64,000 nucleotides of DNA, taken from Bacteroidota bacterium (GTDB taxonomy: Bacteria; Bacteroidota; Bacteroidia; Bacteroidales; TTA-H9). The stretch lies in NCBI GenBank assembly GCA_003250395.1, contig QKGM01000044.1:116550-180549 (forward strand), given 5' to 3'. Position 1 is the first letter of the stretch. Each line of letters starts with the position of its first letter. Both the position numbers and the translations under genes were made by a program. Positions 58,066-64,000 of the stretch are shown piece by piece. Under the pieces are notes generated by a model, which worked only from the letters and a program-made list of their open reading frames with translations, searched no databases and was not told the origin of the DNA.

Positions 58066-58602
58066 ATGGACGGACCCTGACTTTGATATCAGATAATCAA
58101 CAACTTGCCTAATTTTTTTTCAAATCGGGTTAGAGGAGAGGTTTTTGAAGAATTTAAAAGATGATGGATGGCGGTTTTACGGATTGAAATTCATCCTCTT
58201 TAGCATTAGAGCTGTAATTAACCTTCAGAAGTGAAGGATTATTTGATTCGGATTTTGAATACCTCGTTTCTTTACGAACCGGACGATCAGAATAAAAAAG
58301 TTAATAGAAATCAGCGGTAATCTTCAACTACTAAAGATGACCTGGTTAACCCGATATGTAATCACCCAACGAATTCTAATCTTCGCCTGCCTCTTCATAC
58401 AGGCACATGCTGACCGACAGCTTCAGGGTATGGAAAGGTTCACCCTTTCACTCCCTAAAGGCAGCACTATAACAAATGGTACATAGTATTTCTACCGATA
58501 TGCATCGTTCTGTACACCAGGCCACCTGCATAGCAAATCGGGTAAAGGGGATACAATATCGAAGAAGCGTGTTATGCAAAGAATGTTATAGTAATAAAAG
58601 GC

Positions 58603-58645
58603 AAAAGCCCCTCCGGCATTTGAAATACGGGAGGGGCTTTTCTTA
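58603..58645 (-). terminator. Intrinsic terminator after the OsmC-like gene
   Basis: GCCCCTCC / GGAGGGGC stem with flanking A- and T-runs. Confidence 0.75.
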
Positions 58646-58655
58646 TTATGAAAAC

Positions 58656-59048
58656 CTATACGATAGAAGTAAGGGTTTCAATTTTGGGGGGATTCTGCAA
58701 ATGACGTTTTACAGCACAGATATCGGCTGCGTTCAGAACAGCTGACCTGTATTTTTCCGGAAAGGTGGAAGGTAACTGAATATCGAGTTTAATTGCTGAA
58801 ACCAGGTGATTAACCCTGTCGAATTCAATCGACTGTACTATCCGAATATTGTCGGTTGGAATGCCACGCTGGTCGCAAAACGATTTCACGTAAATACCTG
58901 CACAGGTTCCAATAGAAGCCAGAAACAGGTCAAAAGGAGCAGGTGCCGTACCATCGCCTGATGGCTGCGGCTGATCGGTGTGAATTGTCATTCCGCGGTA
59001 TTCGGCATTAACTTTAGCCTTACCTTCGAAACTGATGATCATGTCCAT
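58656..59048 (-). CDS. OsmC/Ohr-family protein
   Basis: About 130 aa from MDMIISFEG (the tracked ORF start overlaps the upstream gene). Conserved Cys contexts IGTCAGIY and DICAV. Confidence 0.8.
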   Translation of the reverse strand: MDMIISFEGKAKVNAEYRGMTIHTDQPQPSGDGTAPAPFDLFLASIGTCAGIYVKSFCDQRGIPTDNIRIVQSIEFDRVNHLVSAIKLDIQLPSTFPEKYRSAVLNAADICAVKRHLQNPPKIETLTSIV

Positions 59049-59074
59049 ATTTATATTTGTTAAGATGAATATAT

Positions 59075-60043
59075 TTAATGATGATGATTGCAGCAACCGC
59101 CAGGATTACTGTCAAGTTTGCCAGCCAGAAATGCCTCAACAGCTTCCCTGGCATCAGGTAATGAGGTAACGAATACCTGCTTGCCTGCTTGCGACAAGTC
59201 GTCGTATAAACGACGTCCCATTCCTCCGGCAACTATAACTGAAACTTCAGTCAGTGCTCCAAGGATTCCACCATGTGAATGCTGGTGATGACCATGTTCG
59301 TGTTCTCCTTCAGCGTGATGCCCCTGAGCATGGCCTGTTATTGTATTTGGAACATAAGTCTGACCGGTGATATTATTTCCTGTAATGTCAAAGATCAGAA
59401 ATCCGAGAGTCCGGCCAAAATGGCCACAAATGGTTTTCCCATCATCGCTGGGTAATGCAATTTTCATGGATTGAAGTTTTTTTTCTTTGTATAAATTATG
59501 ATGATAACTGTTTTCACGTATCAGAGGTGTACCACATGTATCACATAGCAAACTATGACAGGGAACACCAACTATATGGGGGGTCTTTTTACCGCATTTC
59601 AGACAAATACAGCAATCATTTTCATTCTCTTCCTGAGTGCCCCCTGCACGGCTTATTAACCTGATGTCGGGCGATTCACACTCATAACAAGAGGTCACCA
59701 GACCTTCGGTAGCAAATACCTGCTGGCAGGAATTACATTTATACCAGTTATCGGTACAGGTAATATTTCCTCCCTCTATGAGGATAGCCCGCCCTTCAGC
59801 AAAAGCTTTGGCCACAGATTTCAAGGCACTATCGTAGACCCGTGTGAAAGTGGGGCGTGATATCCCCATTCTGGATGCTGCTTCAACTTGTGAAAGTGAT
59901 TCATAATCGGCCAGCCGTAACGCTTCATACTCCTCAAGGAAAAGCACTACCGGCTCTGTTTCCAGAAATGGTATCCCGAATGGCCTGAATCCACTCATGA
60001 CCGGGGGAGAACAAATACGTCTTTCCAATTTTTTACGACCCAT
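59075..60043 (-). CDS. DUF134 DNA-binding domain fused to zinc ribbons and a NifX/NifB-like (FeMo-cofactor-binding fold) domain with a His-rich insert
   Basis: 322 aa. N-terminus MGRKKLERRICSPPV..FRPFGIP..EEYEALRLADYESLSQVEAASRMGISRPTF (DUF134). Two Cys4 motifs. MKIALPSDDGKTICGHFGR...VIVAGGMG (NifX-like). GHAQGHHAEGEHEHGHHQHSHGG and a C-terminal CCNHHH. Confidence 0.75.
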   Translation of the reverse strand: MGRKKLERRICSPPVMSGFRPFGIPFLETEPVVLFLEEYEALRLADYESLSQVEAASRMGISRPTFTRVYDSALKSVAKAFAEGRAILIEGGNITCTDNWYKCNSCQQVFATEGLVTSCYECESPDIRLISRAGGTQEENENDCCICLKCGKKTPHIVGVPCHSLLCDTCGTPLIRENSYHHNLYKEKKLQSMKIALPSDDGKTICGHFGRTLGFLIFDITGNNITGQTYVPNTITGHAQGHHAEGEHEHGHHQHSHGGILGALTEVSVIVAGGMGRRLYDDLSQAGKQVFVTSLPDAREAVEAFLAGKLDSNPGGCCNHHH

Positions 60044-60071
60044 AACAAATGCAAAATTATGAACATTTGTT
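60044..60071. promoter_or_regulatory. Inverted repeat (8-12-8) bracketing the -7 box of the DUF134-fusion gene: candidate operator
   Basis: AACAAATG-N12-CATTTGTT. The spacer contains TAATTTTG on the minus strand (60052..60059) and the ATG follows immediately. Confidence 0.4.
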
Positions 60072-60146
60072 CACAAAAACATAATTTTTATAATAAAAGT
60101 TCAATTTATTCAAACTCATTGTAATTTTGAATCAAACAGCAACCAC

Positions 60147-60857
60147 ATGAAAAGTAAACTATTTATTTACTTCGATGATTTTCTCTCCCTGATATATCCA
60201 AAGCTTTGCTTTGCCTGTGACCAGCCACTTGTAGCCAACGAGGAGGTAATTTGTTTCACATGCCGACAACAGTTACCTCAAACTCAATACCACCTGCAAC
60301 CTGGTAATCCGGTTGAGCAACAATTCTGGGGCAGGTGCCACCTGAATGCAGCTGCCGGATATTACTTTTTCCGACAAGGAACCAGGGTTCAGCAACTGTT
60401 GCACGCGCTGAAATACCATCATGCTCCTGAAGTTGGAATTACGATAGGACGGATATATGGGCACCAGTTGAAAAATGCACCTGTTTTTTCCTCTGTGGAT
60501 TGTATTGTCCCTGTTCCCCTTCACCCGAAAAAGCAAAAAGCCAGGGGATACAATCAGAGTGAAATGTTTGCAGCAGGTCTTTCAGAGAGCATGGGAATTC
60601 CGGTAAACAACAAATCCCTGCTGAGATCAGTAGCATCAGAAACGCAGACCAGAAAATCAAGATTTAAACGATGGGAAAATGTAAAAACAATCTTTGTTGT
60701 CGGTGATGTAGAAGCAATAAAGGGAAAACACATCCTGCTGGTAGATGATGTTATTACTACAGGAGCTACACTTGAAGCCTGTGTAAAAGTACTCACACCG
60801 ATAGAAGGAGTGACCGTCTCAGTAGCGAGTATTGCAGTTGCCGGATCGGGCTGTTAA
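60147..60857 (+). CDS. ComF-family protein (phosphoribosyltransferase domain)
   Basis: 236 aa. N-terminal Cys4 (CFAC..CFTC) and PRTase motif LLVDDVITTGATL. Confidence 0.85.
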   Translation: MKSKLFIYFDDFLSLIYPKLCFACDQPLVANEEVICFTCRQQLPQTQYHLQPGNPVEQQFWGRCHLNAAAGYYFFRQGTRVQQLLHALKYHHAPEVGITIGRIYGHQLKNAPVFSSVDCIVPVPLHPKKQKARGYNQSEMFAAGLSESMGIPVNNKSLLRSVASETQTRKSRFKRWENVKTIFVVGDVEAIKGKHILLVDDVITTGATLEACVKVLTPIEGVTVSVASIAVAGSGC

Positions 60858-60872
60858 ATTTTCTTTCCCGGG

Positions 60873-61355
60873 CTATAAGGAGTCTTCAGATGACCGCTGA
60901 TAAATAAATTCTACAGGTTCACCCATGCGGTAGCGGGTCTTTTCGGTCAGTTTTCCCATCTCATCATAGAAGCGCCAGATTCCATCGTAAACATAGCGTA
61001 CCTCTTTGTCGTCAATGAAGAAAAGCGATTTGCCTTTTTGCATAACCTTTCCATCAGGGTACCAAAACTTAACTTTTAGATGCGACTTCCCATACACATG
61101 GTTTCTCCCATAAACAAAACGTGACTGTTTTCGTCCATTTGGATGGTAATATGTAAACCGCCTGTATTCAAGATCGTTTTTAAAATACCCATCAGAAACC
61201 TTCCGTGCAGTATCATCGTTACTATATATTATCCATCGACCTGTTTTTTGTCCTTTATCATTATACTGATTAACACCCGAATGAGATAAGAATGAACATG
61301 AATTAAAAGTGAACAGCACGATAAAGAACAATAGTACCCTGGCAAAGAAATTCAT
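60873..61355 (-). CDS. MORN/YwqK-like repeat lipoprotein
   Basis: Start moved to MNFFARVLLFFIVLFTFNSC because the tracked ATG at 61400 lies inside the blaR-like terminator hairpin. Repeated G-x-W/Y-x-x-Y-x-x-G-K-type units. Confidence 0.5.
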   Translation of the reverse strand: MNFFARVLLFFIVLFTFNSCSFLSHSGVNQYNDKGQKTGRWIIYSNDDTARKVSDGYFKNDLEYRRFTYYHPNGRKQSRFVYGRNHVYGKSHLKVKFWYPDGKVMQKGKSLFFIDDKEVRYVYDGIWRFYDEMGKLTEKTRYRMGEPVEFIYQRSSEDSL

Positions 61356-61379
61356 TTGCTTAGTTGTCATCATGAGAAT

Positions 61380-61416
61380 TAAGGATAAACGGGGTTCCAT
61401 CTGACGGAACCCCGTT
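61380..61416 (-). terminator. Intrinsic terminator after the BlaR-like gene
   Basis: Perfect 11-bp stem AACGGGGTTCC / GGAACCCCGTT. Confidence 0.65.
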
Positions 61417-61438
61417 AAGCATTTAATTAACTTTCTGA

Positions 61439-63421
61439 TTACTTGCTTTTACCTTTATCTTCACTTAAGGAAAACTTTATTGGCATATTGAATTGAACAC
61501 GGACAGCTTTCCCGTCTTGCATTCCCGGCTTCCATTTTGGCATCATTTTAACAGCACTAACTGCAGCTTCATCACATCCACTACCGATACCACGCAAGAT
61601 CCTGATGTTTTCAATCGAACCATCTTTTTCTACCACAAAAGTAATATAAACCGTTCCCTGTATTCTCTTATTCAAGGCCATTTCCGGATAAACGAGATTC
61701 TCCGCAATAAATTCCAGTCTTTTCTTGTCGCCCCCTGGAAATTCCGGAAAAACATCAACAACAGAAAAGGTTTCGTCTAATCCGGCTTTCCCGTCAGCAG
61801 AAACAACCTTTTCATGCTTATCAACATCCAGATCAAGTGAGAACTTAACAGGGATATTCATCTGTACCCTGACAGCTTGCCCACCTTGAGAGCCTGGTTT
61901 CCAACGAGGCATTTTTTTTACTGCATCTAAAGCAATTTTATCGCAATCGTTATTGAAACCGCGAAAAATTTTAGCCTCGGTAACCGACCCGTCTGTTTCA
62001 ACCACGAAAGAGACATACACAGTACCCTGAATACCTTCTGACCGGGCTTTCTGCGGATAGGTGATATTTTTAGCCAGATATGAGGCCAAACCTTCTCTGC
62101 TTCCGGGAAACCTGGGCATCGTATCCACCACCTGAAAAACCGAACCATTTTTTCGGGTTGAGATATGGGTTCTTTCGGTTTGCTCAGTACCATCCAGTAC
62201 AAATTTTATGGGATAAACAATATCCTGTATCACCGGCTTACCATTCTTAAGTGCAGGCATCCATTTCCAGGATTTAACCACACGAAGAGCTTCCTCATCG
62301 CATTCCTTATCAAAGCCCCTTAAGACTTTATGTCCCGAAGCTTTACCCTGATCAGAGACAGTAAGAGAAATGTAAACTGTTCCCTGCTTCCCCGAATTTT
62401 TTGCGGCTTCAGGATAAATGAAGTCAGCAAATAAAGATTTTTCAGTATTACCATCTGTAACATCTGTTTCGAAATAAGGATGAGGCGCCCTGGAAGTGGT
62501 ATCATCATTGATTACGGAGGCAGGTTCGGGCAATACCGAGGCAAAGGATTCCTTCTGAAACATGAGAATGACAGCAGTGGTAAAAACCATTAAAAGCGAA
62601 ACTGTAGCCAGAGTCTGCCCCAGGGCACCCCGGCCGGAAATAAATTTGTTAAGCATGATAAAACGCATTTTAAGTGATGAGTTATTAAAACTATTGACAA
62701 CGGGCATACTGATTCCGGTAAGTGATTCAAGTAGTAAAGCTTTGTAATTGGCCGGATTACAATTGACTTTCATGACTGCCCTGTCGGCAAGATATTCATG
62801 GTTTTGTTGAATTGCATTTCTGAATAACCACACAAACGGATTAAACCATTGTAGTATGCACATTATTTCGGTGAAAACAATATCGAAAGAATGTCCCTGA
62901 GTAATATGCGCTGCCTCATGGACTAAAATACTTCTTAGCCTCCCACTCTGAGTATAGGTCTCAGAAATAAGTATATTGTTAAAAAAGGAAAAAGGGGAAA
63001 GCCTATTCTTTGAAAAATGCAACCGGAGATTGCAGTATCTCAAAGATTTGGATCGACGGATAATCAATATGATGCGGAATAGCCTGTATAAAAACAACAG
63101 GCCTAAAAGTCCGGCAGCAGTATAATACAGTAGAGAAGTTGGATTTACCGGTGTATCAACAACCGCTGCACCATGGCCTGTTATCACAACGGCTTCCTGC
63201 TGAATTGCCACTCTGATAACCGGCAGGGATGTGTCAGGAGATGGCGCCAGGCTTCCAGACAACGATAACAACGGAGGTAACGCCAAGGATGCCAAAAGAT
63301 ACCACCTTACCATTCCAATATATTGGTTATTTGCTAACCAAAGCCTATAACCCAGATACATTATCGCAGATCCGGTCAGTAATTTCATCAGATAAAAAGA
63401 AATTTCACTCATGATCTCCAC
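61439..63421 (-). CDS. BlaR1/MecR1-like M56 peptidase signal transducer with three tandem TonB C-terminal domains
   Basis: 660 aa. TM helices, HEAAHITQGH zinc motif, then three repeats of the GIQGTVYxxFVV....G.....I.RG......D..A..AVK.MP.W.PG...G..V.V....P.KF type. Confidence 0.85.
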   Translation of the reverse strand: MEIMSEISFYLMKLLTGSAIMYLGYRLWLANNQYIGMVRWYLLASLALPPLLSLSGSLAPSPDTSLPVIRVAIQQEAVVITGHGAAVVDTPVNPTSLLYYTAAGLLGLLFLYRLFRIILIIRRSKSLRYCNLRLHFSKNRLSPFSFFNNILISETYTQSGRLRSILVHEAAHITQGHSFDIVFTEIMCILQWFNPFVWLFRNAIQQNHEYLADRAVMKVNCNPANYKALLLESLTGISMPVVNSFNNSSLKMRFIMLNKFISGRGALGQTLATVSLLMVFTTAVILMFQKESFASVLPEPASVINDDTTSRAPHPYFETDVTDGNTEKSLFADFIYPEAAKNSGKQGTVYISLTVSDQGKASGHKVLRGFDKECDEEALRVVKSWKWMPALKNGKPVIQDIVYPIKFVLDGTEQTERTHISTRKNGSVFQVVDTMPRFPGSREGLASYLAKNITYPQKARSEGIQGTVYVSFVVETDGSVTEAKIFRGFNNDCDKIALDAVKKMPRWKPGSQGGQAVRVQMNIPVKFSLDLDVDKHEKVVSADGKAGLDETFSVVDVFPEFPGGDKKRLEFIAENLVYPEMALNKRIQGTVYITFVVEKDGSIENIRILRGIGSGCDEAAVSAVKMMPKWKPGMQDGKAVRVQFNMPIKFSLSEDKGKSK

Positions 63422-63794
63422 TTTTTTTGTTTATCTCTTCATCTACCATTTTCCGTATCTCTTCAAGCTCTCTTACAGAAAGATTCTCTTCACGGGTAAA
63501 GAATGAAGCCAGGCTTTTATAACTCCCGAAATAATTAGTCATAAAATGTTTGAAATAGGCTCGTGAATAATCTTTCTTGGTCACAACAGGAAAGTACTCA
63601 TATGCCCTGCCATAAGCGTTATGACTGATAAAACCTTTTTGCTCAAGAATTCTGATAATAGTTGAAACTGTATTATAGGCAGGTTTGGGCTCGGCCAGTT
63701 GATGAATCACGTCATTCACAAATCCCTTCCCAATATGCCACATCACCTGCATAATCTGTTCTTCAGCTCTGGTAAGTTCTCTAATTTCCATCAT
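63405..63794 (-). CDS. BlaI/MecI/CopY-family transcriptional repressor
   Basis: 129 aa. Winged-helix LTRAEEQIMQVMW...YNTVSTIIRILEQKGFI. Overlaps the sensor gene by 17 nt. Confidence 0.9.
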   Translation of the reverse strand: MMEIRELTRAEEQIMQVMWHIGKGFVNDVIHQLAEPKPAYNTVSTIIRILEQKGFISHNAYGRAYEYFPVVTKKDYSRAYFKHFMTNYFGSYKSLASFFTREENLSVRELEEIRKMVDEEINKKSGDHE

Positions 63795-63820
63795 AATACA
63801 ATCTCTTGTTAAAACAATTC

Positions 63821-63828
63821 CAAAAATA
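63821..63828 (-). promoter_or_regulatory. -7 promoter box (TATTTTTG) for the blaI-blaR-like operon
   Basis: TAnnTTTG on the minus strand, 26 nt upstream of the ATG at 63794. Confidence 0.45.
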
Positions 63829-63866
63829 CAACTAAAAACTTAGTTTGTCAACTAAAAACTTAGTTT
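63829..63866. promoter_or_regulatory. Tandem 20-nt operator-like repeats, each with an AACTAA-N4-TTAGTT palindrome
   Basis: CAACTAAAAACTTAGTTTGT / CAACTAAAAACTTAGTTTTT, immediately upstream of the -7 box of the BlaI-like gene. Confidence 0.6.
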
Positions 63867-64000
63867 TTGGAAAAATATTATATCTTCTCAAAGAATTTCT
63901 CATAATAAGACGGAGAAAAGAGTGAAAAGGATGCTGAATATAAATTAATTCAGGCGTTTTTAAAAATTGTATCAATTCAATGTGTCATTAATCACCCTAA

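Noticed and set aside
59049-59096. Upstream extension of the OsmC-like ORF.
   Set aside because: It overlaps the end of the DUF134-fusion gene, and the conserved OsmC fold begins at MDMIISFEG.
61356-61400. ATG at 61400 as the start of the MORN-like gene.
   Set aside because: That ATG lies within the 11-bp terminator stem of the upstream gene. The lipoprotein signal begins at the Met at 61355.

Overview
This looks like a chromosomal segment from an anaerobic member of the Bacteroidota. Supporting signs: several proteins end in T9SS C-terminal sorting domains, there are two gingipain-like C25 peptidases, TAnnTTTG -7 promoter boxes sit in front of many genes, there are FtsX-type permease paralogs, and there is a BlaI/BlaR-TonB pair. 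About 53 protein genes and 2 tRNAs are supported. Housekeeping blocks: tyrS, hflX; rsmI; yceD-rpmF-plsX-fabH; hsp15-like, der, era; rbfA; lolE-like, msbA-like. No rRNA, CRISPR array, transposase, integrase or phage gene was recognised. The most unusual content is at 13.0-20.3 kb. It holds an AcoR-like sigma-54 activator, a terminator-insulated Fe-alcohol dehydrogenase with a sigma-54-type promoter, and a compact cassette of a divergent Rex-like regulator, a small [2Fe-2S] protein, a sensory-type (HydS/group C-like) [FeFe]-hydrogenase-PAS protein and an overlapping PP2C phosphatase. No catalytic hydrogenase, maturase, kinase or STAS partner lies nearby. Other points of interest: (1) a short intergenic element built from three 11-nt direct repeats, present at three loci, two of them inverted copies of each other; (2) an AT-rich accessory block next to the initiator tRNA; (3) two tandem ~1300-aa C25/T9SS proteins; (4) a DUF134-zinc ribbon-NifX-like fusion with a His-rich tract; (5) a BlaR-like protein with three TonB C-terminal domains and a clear tandem operator; (6) an A11 tract inside a sigma-54 response-regulator gene. 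All family assignments come from reading motifs by eye, and no database search was run.
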